From contig OZ296650.1 of assembly GCA_965655095.1 (NCBI GenBank), positions 7,998,001-8,062,000 of the forward strand: a stretch of DNA of 64,000 nucleotides. The letters are read 5' to 3'. A model generated the notes under the pieces. It was given only the letters and a program-made list of their open reading frames with translations, was not told the origin of the DNA and did not search any database. Positions within the stretch are counted from its first letter, which is position 1; every line of letters begins with the position of its first letter. The position numbers and the translations under genes are program-made. Positions 51,597-64,000 of the stretch are shown here, piece after piece. The stretch is from Haplodiscus bocki. Its lineage: Eukaryota.

Positions 51597-54500
51597 CTTA
51601 GGTGAACGCTGGCAACAACTATCGAGTTTTGTCTCTAGTAATCTGATTTTGCATTTTTCACGAATTTCGTGACCTGGTCCGTAGATTGTTGATCTTTGTG
51701 CTCTAAAAGGTTCGTGTTAGAACTCTGAACAACATTGAAGATCATGATTACATCATAAGTTGTATTGAAACACTTCGCCGTAGCCAGACACTGTCTGAGC
51801 ATGGTGGTTTGACTAAGGAACGAACTGAAAACTTCTTAATAATTAGGACCACAAAAGCAGTGTCTCAGATGAATTCAGAAACCACAGATAAAGCTTTGTA
51901 TGCAGTCGTCCAATCATGCCAGTATTGCGATGTTTTTCACCTGTTTATTAGATTGAAGGCCTTCCTGCTCTGAAGCGTTCGTGTTAGAAGTCTGAACCAC
52001 ATTAAAGATCCTGATTACATCAAAAGAAGTTTTCAAACACTTCGTTTTAGTAAGACACCATCTTAGCCTATTTGTTTGACTATAGAAGGAACTTAAGTGT
52101 TCGTAATGAAAATTAACAACGAAGCAGCGTCTTAGTTGAACTCAGACTTCATGCATCGGGTGTTGTGTGCAATCGTCCTATCATGTTTGTTTATGACTTT
52201 CTTGATATGCTCGGGAAATTGAAGATCTTCCTGCTCTCAAAAGTTCTTGTTAACGGTTGAATAACATTTGAGATCCCAATTACATCATCAGATGTGTTCA
52301 AATACTTCGCTGTAGAATTATTTTAACATATCTTAAGGTATGATTGTAGAACGAACTATAAAATACGTTATAACCAAGACACCGATAAACTGGCACAATT
52401 GAACTCAAACAACAAGGATCGAGTTCTGTTTGTGGTTATCTGATAATGCATGCTTTAGAATTTCAAGACTTGGTTGGGAAAATGTAGATCTTCTTGTTCT
52501 CAGGGGTTCGTGTTTGAAGCTTGAACAATTTTGAAGATAGAAATTACATCAAAAGATGTGTTGAAAAAGTTCGCCGTAGTCAAACACTCCCTTAGCCTGG
52601 TCGTTTCACCGAAGAACAAAGGGAAAAGTTCGCAAAAAGCAAGAACATTGAAGCACTGTCTTAATTGGAAACAAAAAAATCTCAGCCAGTCGTGTTTGCA
52701 GTTTTGTGAATATGAAAGTTCCAGAAAAGTCTTGACCCGGTCGAAAGAATGTAGGTATTCGGACTCTATAGAGTTCATGTCAGACGCCTGAATGACCTTG
52801 AATATCAAAAATACATAATAAGATGTGTTCAAACACTTCCCTGTAGTTAGATACTAACTTAGTTTTAGCGTATCATTGAAGAAGGAAGTATATTGTTCGT
52901 TGAAAGAAAAACCATTGAAGCAATGTATTTCTCAGTTGAACTCAAACATCAGGGATCAAGTTTTAAATGCAGTCATCCTAATACGCAAGTTGTACGATTT
53001 TCTTGACCTGGTTTTGAGTTTAAAAATTTTCTTGCTTTCAAAAGTTTGCGATAGACATCTGAACAACATTGAGGATCATGATTTTATCATAGGATGTTTT
53101 CCAACACATCGCGGTAGTCAGACACCAACTTAGTTTGACATTTTGAAAAAAGGAACGCTTCTCTTTGTATCAAGAGAGACCACTGAATCACTGGCTTAGT
53201 TGAACACTGGCAACACCTATCGACTTCTGTGACTAGTAATCTGACTATGCAATTTTCACGAATTTCCTGACCTGGTCCAGCGAACGTTGATCTTCTTGCC
53301 CTGAAGGATTTGTGTTAGAAGTCTGAACCACTTTGAAGATCCTCATTACATCAAAAGACGTATTCAAAAACTTCGCTGCAGTCAGACACTATCTTAGCCT
53401 GTCCGTTTGATAAAAGAAAGATTTTAAGTCTTCGTGATAAACAAAACCAGTGAAGCATTGTCTTAGTTGAACTCAGATATCACAGATCAAACTTTAAGTG
53501 CTGTAGTCCAATCGGTCAAAGTGTACATTTTCCTTGACCTGGTCGGGAGATAAAAGATCATCCTGCTCTCAAAAATTCGTGCAAGAGCTCTGAAGAGCAT
53601 TGAAGATCTCAATCACATCATCAGATGTGTCCATATACTTCGCCATAGCAGGACGTTAACTTGGTTTAAGCGTATGATTGAAGAACGAACTATAAACTTC
53701 GTAATAAGCAAGACCACTGAAGCAGTCTCTTAATTGAACCGAGACATCACAGATCAAGTTTTGTTTGTGATTATCTGATCATGCAACTTTTACGACTATT
53801 TTGACCCGGTGGGGAGATTTTGGATTTTCTTGCTCTCAAGAGACCGTGTTAGACATTTGAACAACATTGAAGGTCTTGATTACATAATATGATGTTTTCG
53901 CACAAATTGGCGTAGTCAGACACCAATTTAACTTGAGAGTAGGAAGAAGGAACGATTTTTACTGTTCGTTTCAAGAGAGACCAAAGAAGCACTGGCTTAA
54001 TTGAACTCACGCAACAACTATCGAGCTTTATTTGTGGTAAACTGATCATGCAAGTTTTTCAACTTTCTTGAGCTGGTGGGGAGAAGAAAAATTTCTTGCT
54101 CTCCAGATTCCACGTTACAAATCTAAAAAAATTGAGGATCATTATCACATAATACGATTCTTTCCAACACATCGTTGTAGTCATACACCAACTTAAATTG
54201 AGCGTATGAAGATAGAACGAACTTAACTTCTCGATTCAAGAGAGACCACTGAACCACTGGCTTAGGTGAACGCTGGCAACAACTATCGAGTTTTGTCTCT
54301 AGTAATCTGATTTTGCATTTTTCACGAATTTCGTGACCTGGTCCGTAGATTGTTGATCTTTGTGCTCTAAAAGGTTCGTGTTAGAACTCTGAACAACATT
54401 GAAGATCATGATTACATCATAAGTTGTATTGAAACACTTCGCCGTAGCCAGACACTGTCTGAGCATGGTCGTTTGACTAAGGAACGAACTGAAAACTTCT

Positions 54501-55907
54501 TAATAATTAGGACCACAAAAGCAGTGTCTTAGATGAATTCAGAAACCACAGATCAAGTTTTGTATGCAGTCGTCCAATCATGCCAGTATTGCGATATTTT
54601 CACCAGTTTACTAGGTTGAAGGTCTTCCTGCTCTGAAGCGTTCATGTTAGAAGTCTGGACCACATTGTAGATCCTGATTACATCAAAAGAAGTTTTCAAA
54701 CACTTCGTTTTAGTAAGACACCATCTTAGCCTATTTGTTTGACTATAGAAGGAACTTAAGTGTTCGTAATTAAAATTAACAACGAAGCAGCGTCTTAGTT
54801 GAACTCAGAGTTCATGCATCGGGTGTTGTGTGCAATCGTCCTATCATGTTTGTTTATGACTTTCTTGATATGCTCGGGAAATTGAAGATCTTCCTGCTCT
54901 CAAAAGTTCTTGTTAACGGTTGAATAACATTTGAGATCCCAATTACATCATCAGATGTGTTCAAATACTTCGCTGTAGAATTATTTTAACATATCTTAAG
55001 GTATGATTGTAGAACGAACTATAAAATACGTTATAACCAAGACACCGATAAACTGGCACAATTGAACTCAAACAACAAGGATCGAGTTCTGTTTGTGGTT
55101 ATCTGATAATGCATGCTTTAGAATTTCAAGACTTGGTTGGGAAAATGTAGATCTTCTTGTTCTCAGGGGTTCGTGTTTGAAGCTTGAACAACTTTGAAGA
55201 TAGAAATTACATCAAAAGATGTGTTGAAAAAGTTCGCCGTAGTCAAACACTCCCTTAGCCTGGTCGTTTCACCGAAGAACGAAGGGAAAAGTTCGCAAAA
55301 AGCAAGAACATTGAAGCACTGTCTTAATTGGAAACACAAAAATCTCAGCCAGTCGTGTTTGTAGTTTTGTGAATATGAAAGTTCCAGAAAAGTCTTGACC
55401 CGGTCGAAAGAATGTAGGTATTCGGACTCTATAGAGTTCATGTCAGACGCCTGAATGACCTTGAATATCAAAAATACATAATAAGATGTGTTCAAACACT
55501 TCCCTGTAGTTAGATACTAACTTAGTTTTAGCGTATCATTGAAGAAGGAAGTATATTGTTCGTTGAAAGAAAAACCATTGAAGCAATGTATTTCTCAGTT
55601 GAACTCAAACATCAGGGATCAAGTTTTAAATGCAGTCATCCTAATACGCAAGTTGTACGATTTTCTTGACCTGGTTTTGAGTTTAAAAATTTTCTTGCTT
55701 TCAAAAGTTTGCGATAGACATCTGAACAACAATGAGGATCTTGATTTTATCATAGGATGTTTTCCAACACATCGCGGTAGTCAGACACCAACTTAGTTTG
55801 ACCTTTTGAAAAAAGGAACGCTTCTCTTTGTATCAAGAGAGACCACTGAATCACTGGCTTAGTTGAACACTGGCAACACCTATCGACTTCTGTGACTAGT
55901 AATCTGA
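50569..55907. repeat. 10-monomer tandem duplication, 2663-2664 bp
   Basis: ORF offsets are 51185/53849 (2664), and 52500/55163 and 52876/55539 (2663). The hybrid junction is at CTAGTAATCTGA, 53233. Confidence 0.92.
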
Positions 55908-58900
55908 TGCAATTTTCACGGATTTTCGGAAGTGGTCCTGAGAATGTTGATCTTCCTGCTATGAACGGTTCGTGTTAGAAGTCTGAAACACTTTGAAGAT
56001 AATGATTACATCAAAAGATGTATTCAAACACTTCGCTGTAGTCAGACATTATCTTAGCCTGTTCGCTTGATTAAAGGAGGAACTTGAGTATTCGTAAGAA
56101 AAAACAAGATAAAGGAAGCAGTGTCTTAGTTGAACTCAGATTTCAAAGAGCGAGCTTTAAGTGCAGTGGTCCAATCACGCAGTCTTCATGTCTTTTTTTA
56201 ACTGTTCGGAGCATTGAAGATATTCCTGCTCTCAAGTCGTCGTGTTTGAAGTCTGAACAACATCAAAGATCATGATTACATCAAAAGTTGTATTCAATAA
56301 TGTGGCCGTAGACAGACACTACCATAGCTGGTCGTTTGACTAAAGAACGAGTTCAAAACTTCGAAACAGGCAAAGCCACTGAAGCACTGTCTTAGTTGAA
56401 CCCAGACAACACCTATCGAGTTTCGTCTGTAGTAATCTGTTCAAGTTTGTTTCAGCACTTTCCTGACCCATTGGCGAGAAAGTGGATCTTCCTGCTCTAA
56501 AGGGTTCGTGTTAGAAGTCTGAACAACACTGAAGATCTTGATTACATCATAAGCTGTTTTCCAACACATCGCCGTAGTCAGACACTGATTTAAACTGAAC
56601 GTAGGAAGAAAGAACGATTTTTACTGTTCGTTTCAAGAGAGACCAAAGAAGAACTGGTTTAATTGAACTCACGCAACCCCTATCGAACTTTATTTGTGGT
56701 AATCTGATCATGCCTTCTTTTTTTAACTTTCCTGACCCAGTTGGGAAAAAATAGATTTTCTTGCTCTCAAGTGTCAACGTTACACATCTGAATAACTTTG
56801 AGGATCATGGTAACATCATAAGATGTTTTCCAACACAACGCTGTAGTCATACACCAACCTATGTTGACCATTTGACAAAATTAGGAACTTACGTTTCAAT
56901 TCAAGAGAGACCACTGAACCACTGGCTTATTTGAACACTGGCAAAACCTATTGAATTTTGTCTCTAGTAATCTAGCGAACGTTGCTCTTCCAGCCCTGAA
57001 AGATTCGTGTTAGAAGTCTGAACCACTTTGAAGATCCTCATTACATCAAAAGACGTATTCAAACACTTCGCTGTAGTCAGACACTATCTTAGCCTGTTCG
57101 TTTGATTAAAGAAGGAACTTAAGTCTTCCTAATGAACAAAACCAGTGAAGCATTGTCTTAGTTGAACTCAGATATCACAGATCAAGCTTTAAATGCTGTA
57201 GTCCAATCGTTTAAGTTGTACAGTTTCCCTAAACTGGTCGGGAGATGAAAGATCTTCCTGCTCCCATGAACTCGTGTAAGACCTCTGAAGATTATTGAAG
57301 ATCCTGATCACATCATCAGATGTGTTCAAATACTTCGCCCTAGCTGGAAGTTAACTAAATTTAAGCGTATGATTGAAGAACGAATTAAAAACTCCGTAAT
57401 AAACAAGACCACTGAAGCAGTCTCTTGGTTGAACTGAGACATCACAGATCAAGTTTTGTTTGTGATTATCTGAACATGCAAGTTTTACGACTATCTTGAC
57501 CCGGTGGGGAGTTTTTAGATTTTCTTGCCCTCAAGAGTCCGCGTCAGACATCTGAAAAACATTGAAAATCATGGTTACATCACAAGTTGTATTGAAACAC
57601 TTCGCCGAAGCCAGACACTGTCTGAGCATTGTCGTTTGACTAAAGAACGAACTAAAAACTTCGTAATAATTAGGACCACAAAAGCAGTGTCTTAGATGAA
57701 TTCAGAAAAAAACAGATCAAGCTTTGTATGCTGTAGTCCTATCACGCCAGTACTGCGATTTTTTTCACCTGTCTATTATATTGAATGTCTTCCAGCTCTG
57801 AAGCGTTCGTGTTAGAATTCTGAACAACATTGAAGATCCTGATGACACCAAAAGTTGTTTTTAAACACTTCGTTTTAGTAAGACACCATCTTAGCCTGTT
57901 TGTTTGACTAAAGAAGGAATTAAGTGTTCGTAATGAAAAATAACAACGAAGCAGCGTCTTGGTTGAACTCAGACTTCATGCATCGGGTGTTGTGTGCAAT
58001 CGTCCTATCGTGCTTGTTTATGACTTTCTTGATACGCTCGGGAAATTGAAGATCTTCCTGCTCTCAAAAGTTCTTGTTAACGGTTGAATAACATTTGAAA
58101 TCCCAATTACATCATCAGATGTGTTCAAATACTTCGCTGTAGATTTACTTTAACATATCTTAAGGTATGATTGTAGAACGAACTAGAAAATACGTTTTAA
58201 GCAAGACACCGATGAACTGGCTCAATTGAACTCAATCAACAAGGATCGAGTTCTGTTTGTGGTTATCTGATAATGCATGCTTTAGAATTTCAAGACTTGT
58301 TTGGGAAAATGTAGATCTTCTTGTTCTCAGGGGTTCGTGTTTGAAGCTTGAACAACTTTGAAGATAGAAATTAGATCAAAAGATGTGTTGAAAAACTTCG
58401 CCGTAGTCAGACACTCCCTTAGCCTGGTCGTTTCACCGAAGAACGAAAGGAAAAGTTCGCAAAAAGCAAGAACATTGAAGCACTGTCTTAATTGGAAACA
58501 AAAAAATCTCAGCCAGTCGTGTTTGTAGTTTTGTGAATATGAAAGTTCCAGAAAAGTCTTGACCCGGTCGAAAGAATGTAGGTATTCGGACTCTATAGAG
58601 TTCATGTCAGACGCCTGAATGACCTTGAATATCAAAAATACATAATAAGATGTGTTCAAACACTTCCCTGTAGTTAGATACTAACTTAGTTTTAGCGTAT
58701 CATTGAAGAAGGAAGTATATTGTTCGTTGAAAGAAAAACCATTGAAGCAATGTATTTCTCAGTTGAACTCAAACATCAGGGATCAAGTTTTAAATGCAGT
58801 CATCCTAATACGCAAGTTGTACGATTTTCTTGACCTGGTTTTGAGTTTAAAAATTTTCTTGCTTTCAAAAGTTTGCGATAGACATCTGAACAACAATGAG

Positions 58901-61900
58901 GATCTTGATTTTATCATAGGATGTTTTCCAACACATCGCGGTAGTCAGACACCAACTTAGTTTGACCTTTTGAAAAAAGGAACGCTTCTCTTTGTATCAA
59001 GAGAGACCACTGAATCACTGGCTTAGTTGAACACTGGCAACACCTATCGACTTCTGTGACTAGTAATCTGATGCAATTTTCACGGATTTTCGGAAGTGGT
59101 CCTGAGAATGTTGATCTTCCTGCTATGAACGGTTCGTGTTAGAAGTCTGAAACACTTTGAAGATAATGATTACATCTAAAGTTGTATTCAATAATATGGC
59201 CGTAGTCAGACACTATCATAGCTGGTCGTTTGACTCAAAAACGAATTCAAAACTTCGAAAGAGGCAAAGCCACTGAAGCACTGTCTTAGTTGAACCCAGA
59301 CAAAACCTATCGAGTTTCGTCTGTAGTAATCTGTTCATGTTTGTTTCAGCACTTTCCTGACCCAGTGGCGAGAAAGTAGATCTTTCTGCTCTAAAGGGTT
59401 CGTGTTAGAAGTCTGAACAACACTGAAGATCTTGATTACATCATAAGGTGTTTTCCAACACATCGCCGTAGTCAGACACTGATTTAAACTGAACGTAGGA
59501 AGAAAGAACGATTTTTACTGTTCGTTTCAAGAAAGACCAAAGAAAAACTGGTTTAATTGAACTCACGCAACCCCTATCGAACTTTAATTGTGGTAATCTG
59601 ATCATGCCTTTTTTTTAACTTTCCTGACCCGGTTGGGAAAAAGAAAGATTTTCCTGCTCTCAAGTGTCAACGTTACACATCTGAAAAACTTTGAGGATCA
59701 TGATAACATCATAAGATGTTTTCCAACATATCGCTGTAGTCATACACCAACCTATGTTGACCATTTGACAAAATTAGGAACTTAGGTTTCAATTCAAGTG
59801 AGACCACTGAACCACTGTCTTATTTGAACACTGGCAAAACCTATCGAATTTTGTCTCTAGTAATCTGACTATGCAATTTTCGCGAATTTCATGACCTGGT
59901 CCAGCGAACGTTGCTCTTCCTGCTCTGACGGGTTCGTGTTAGAAGTCTGAACCACTTTGAAGATCCTGATTACATCAAAAGACGTATTCAATTACTTCGC
60001 TGTAGTCACACACTATCTTAGCCTGTTCGTTTGATTAAAGGAGGAAATTAAGTCTTCCTAGTGAACAAAACCAGTAAAGCATTGTCTTAGTTGAACTCAG
60101 ATATCACAGATCAAGCTTTAAATGCTGTAGTCCAATCGTGCAAGTTGTACAGTTTCCCTAAACTGGTCAGGAACTGAAAGATCTTCCTGCTCCCATGAAC
60201 TCGTGTAAGACCTCTGAAGAACATTGAAGATCCTGATCACATCATCAGATGTGTTCAAAAACTTCGCCCTAGCTGGAAGTTAACTAAATTTATGCGTATG
60301 ATTGAAGAACGAATTAAAAACTTCGTAATAAACAAGACCACTGAAGCAGTCTCTTGGTTGAACTGAGACATCACAGATCAAGTTTTGTTTGTGATTATCT
60401 GAACATGCAAGTTTTACGACTATCTTGACCCGGTGGGGAGTTTTTAGATTTTCTTGCCCTCAAGAGTCCGCGTCAGACATCTGAAAAACATTGAAAATCA
60501 TGGTTACATCACAAGTTGTATTGAAACACTTCGCCGAAGCCAGACACTGTCTGAGCATTGTCGTTTGACTAAAGAACGAACTAAAAACTTCGTAATAATT
60601 AGGACCACAAAAGCAGTGTCTTAGATGAATTCAGAAAAAAACAGATCAAGCTTTGTATGCTGTAGTCCTATCACGCCAGTACTGCGATTTTTTTCACCTG
60701 TCTATTATATTGAATGTCTTCCAGCTCTGAAGCGTTCGTGTTAGAATTCTGAACAACATTGAAGATCCTGATGACACCAAAAGTTGTTTTTAAACACTTC
60801 GTTTTAGTAAGACACCATCTTAGCCTGTTTGTTTGACTAAAGAAGGAATTAAGTGTTCGTAATGAAAAATAACAACGAAGCAGCGTCTTGGTTGAACTCA
60901 GACTTCATGCATCGGGTGTTGTGTGCAATCGTCCTATCGTGCTTGTTTATGACTTTCTTGATACGCTCGGGAAATTGAAGATCTTCCTGCTCTCAAAAGT
61001 TCTTGTTAACGGTTGAATAACATTTGAAATCCCAATTACATCATCAGATGTGTTCAAATACTTCGCTGTAGATTTACTTTAACATATCTTAAGGTATGAT
61101 TGTAGAACGAACTATAAAATACGTTTTAAGCAAGACACCGATAAACTGGCTCAATTGAACTCAATCAACAAGGATCGAGTTCTGTTTGTGGTTATCTGAT
61201 AATGCATGCTTTAGAATTTCAAGACTTGTTTGGGAAAATGTAGATCTTCTTGTTCTCAGGGGTTCGTGTTTGAAGCTTGAACAACTTTGAAGATAGAAAT
61301 TGCATCAAAAGATGTGTTGAAAAACTTCGCCGTAGTCAGACACTCCCTTAGCCTGGTCGTTTCACCGAAGAACGAAGGGAAAAGTTCGCAAAAAGCAAGA
61401 ACATTGAAGCACTGTCTTAATTGGAAACAAAAAAATCTCAGCCAGTCGTGTTTGTAGTTTTGTGAATATGAAAGTTCCAGAAAAGTCTTGACCCGGTCGA
61501 AAGAATGTAGGTATTCGGACTCTATAGAGTTCATGTCAGACGCCTGAATGACCTTGAATATCAAAAATACATAATAAGATGTGTTCAAACACTTCCCTGT
61601 AGTTAGATACTAACTTAGTTTTAGCGTATCATTGAAGGAGGAAGTATATTGTTCGTTGAAAGAAAAACCATTGAAGCAATGTATTTCTCAGTTGAACTCA
61701 AACATCAGTGATCGAGTTTTAAATGCAGTCATCCTAATACGCAAAATGTACGATTTTCTTGACCTGGTTGGGAGTTTAAAAATTTTCTTGCTTTTAAAAG
61801 TTTGCGATAGACATCTGAACAATATTGAGGATCATGATTTTATCATAGGATGTTTTCCAACACATCGCGGTAGTCAGACACAAACTTAGTTTGACCTTTT

Positions 61901-64000
61901 GAAAAAAAGAACGCTACTCTTTGTATCAAGAGAGACCACTGAATCACTGGCTTAGTTGAACACTGGCAATACCTATCGAATTCTGTGACTAGTAATCTGA
62001 TGCAATTTTCACGGAGATTCCGAAGTGGTCCTGACAATGTTGATCTTCCTGCTCTGAACGGTTCGTGTTAGAAGTCTGAAACACTTTGAAGATAATGAAT
62101 ACATCAAAAGATGTATTCAAACACTTCGATGTAGTCAGACATTATCTTAACCTGTTCGCTTGATTAAAGAAGGAACTTGAGTATTCGTAAAAAAACAAGA
62201 TAATGGAAGCAGTGTCTTAGTTGAACTCAGATTTCAAAGAGCGAGCCTTAAGTGCAGTGGTCCAATCACGCAGTCTTCATGTCTTTTTTTACCTGTTCGG
62301 AGCATTGAAGATCTTCCCGCTCTCATATCGTCGTGTTTGAAGTCTGAACAACATCGAAGATCATGATTACATCAAAAGTTGTATTCAATAATATGGCCGT
62401 AGACAGACACTATCATAGCTGGTCGTTTGACTAAAGAACGAGTTCAAAACTTCGAAACAGCCAAAGCCACTGAAGCACTGTCCTAGTTGAACCCAGACAA
62501 CACCTATCGAGTTTCGTCTGTAGTAATCTGTTCATGTTTGTTTCAGCACTTTCCTGACCCAGTGGCGAGAAAGTAGATCTTTCTGCTCTAAAGGGTTCGT
62601 GTTAGAAGTCTGAACAACACTGAAGATCTTGATTACATCATAAGGTGTTTTCCAACACATCGCCGTAGTCAGACACTGATTTAAACTGAACGTAGGAAGA
62701 AAGAACGATTTTTACTGTTCGTTTCAAGAAAGACCAAAGAAAAACTGGTTTAATTGAACTCACGCAACCCCTATCGAACTTTAATTGTGGTAATCTGATC
62801 ATGCCTTTTTTTTAACTTTCCTGACCCGGTTGGGAAAAAGAAAGATTTTCCTGCTCTCAAGTGTCAACGTTACACATCTGAAAAACTTTGAGGATCATGA
62901 TAACATCATAAGATGTTTTCCAACATATCGCTGTAGTCATACACCAACCTATGTTGACCATTTGACAAAATTAGGAACTTAGGTTTCAATTCAAGTGAGA
63001 CTACTGAACCACTGTCTTATTTGAACACTGGCAAAACCTATCGAATTTTGTCTCTAGTAATCTGACTATGCAATTTTCGCGAATTTCATGACCTGGTCCA
63101 GCGAACGTTGCTCTTCCTGCTCTGACGGGTTCGTGTTAGAAGTCTGAACCACTTTGAAGATCCTGATTACATCAAAAGACGTATTCAATTACTTCGCTGT
63201 AGTCACACACTATCTTAGCCTGTTCGTTTGACTAAAGGAGGAAATTAAGTCTTCCTAGTGAACAAAACCAGTGAAGCAATGTCTTAGTTGAACTCAGATA
63301 TCACAGATCAAGCTTTAAATGCTGTAGTCCAATCGTGCAAGTTGTACAGTTTCCCTAAACTGGTCGGGAACTGAAAGATCTTCCTGCTCCCATGAACTCG
63401 TGTTAAGACCTCTGAAGAACATTGAAGATCCTGATCACATCATCAGATGTGTTCTAATACTTCGCTGTAGTGAAACACTAACTTAGTTTAAGCGTATGAT
63501 TGACGAACGAATTATAAACTTCGTAATAAGCAAGACCACTGAAGCAGTCTCTTGGTTGAACTGAGACATCACAGATCAAGTTTTGTTTGTGATTATCTGA
63601 TCATGCAAGTTTTACGACTATCTTGACCCGGTGGGGAGACTTTAGATTTTCTTGCCCTCAAGAGTCCGCGTCAGACATCTGAAAAACATTGAAAATCATG
63701 GTTACATCACAAGTTGTATTGAAACACTTCGCCGAAGCCAGACACTGTCTGAGCATTGTCGTTTGACTAAAGAACGAACTAAAAACTTCGTAATAAATAG
63801 GACCACAAAAGCAGTGTCTTAGATGAATTCAGAAACTACAGATCAAGCTTTGTATGCTATCGTCCTATCATGCCAGTACTGCGATTTTTTCACCTGTTTA
63901 TTATATTGAATGTCTTCCAGCTGTGAAACGTTCGTGTTAGAATTCTGAACCACATTGAAGATCCTGATGACACCAAAAGCTGTCTTTAAACACTTCGCTT
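54528..64000. repeat. 11/12-monomer HOR domain (unit lengths ~3164, 2929, ~3198 bp)
   Basis: ORF offsets are 55163/58327 (3164) and 58327/61256 (2929). D-type monomers start at ~54528, 57691, 60620 and 63818, with order D-M-N-O-P-Q-R-S-I-J-K-L/C. Confidence 0.88.

Larger units (their letters stand above)
1..64000. repeat. Tandem satellite DNA array, ~267-bp monomer, ~240 copies, single orientation (putative centromeric/pericentromeric satellite)
   Basis: The box (c/t)TAGTTGAACTC or a close variant recurs every ~267 bp (~266, 535, 802, 1069, 1337, 1604, 1871, 2138, 2405 ... 63283, 63551, 63818). Other boxes recur in fixed order: AGTAATCTGATCATGCA, GAAGATCTTCCTGCTCTCAAG, CTGAACAACATTGAAGATCATGATTACATCA, TCGCYGTAGTCAGACAC. 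No non-repeat sequence was seen, and the array runs off both ends. Confidence 0.98.

Noticed and set aside
315-62037. All remaining short ORFs, many repeated almost identically
   Set aside because: Their recurrence simply follows the HOR offsets. They are chance open frames in satellite DNA.
1-64000. CRISPR-like or variable-cassette array (conserved boxes with variable intervening sequence)
   Set aside because: The intervening segments are homologous between units rather than unique spacers. The period is far too long, and there is no cas, integrase or reverse transcriptase gene.
1-64000. High GATC density suggesting Dam sites or a bacterial replication origin
   Set aside because: It is explained by several GATC sites in the amplified monomer. 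No DnaA-box cluster or bacterial gene context was seen.
1-64000. Tandem 5S rRNA, tRNA or snRNA gene array, or transposon insertions
   Set aside because: No recognisable RNA-gene sequence or highly conserved gene-sized core is present. No terminal repeats, target-site duplications around foreign DNA, poly(A) tails or inversions were seen.

Overview
The whole 64 kb window is one uninterrupted head-to-tail satellite DNA array of about 240 diverged copies of a ~267-bp monomer, all in the same orientation. I find no credible gene, RNA gene, transposon or CRISPR array, and every listed ORF is a chance translation of the monomer. The interest is architectural. The monomer appears to be an ancient dimer of two related halves. 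About 20 monomer subtypes are recognisable by eye and are ordered into higher-order repeats (HORs): 10-mer 2658 bp, 18-mer ~4.75 kb, 12-mer 3195 bp, 7-mer 1863 bp, 10-mer 2664 bp and 11/12-mer 2929/~3198 bp. An older ~4-mer periodicity is nested inside the 18-mer. Subtype composition changes in layers from left to right. Individual unequal-crossover junctions, microhomology deletions and a probable long-range gene-conversion tract can be read directly from the sequence. This organisation is typical of eukaryotic centromeric or pericentromeric heterochromatin, but that function and the organism are inferences. Subtype letters are my own labels, and boundaries are hand-read to within a few bp.
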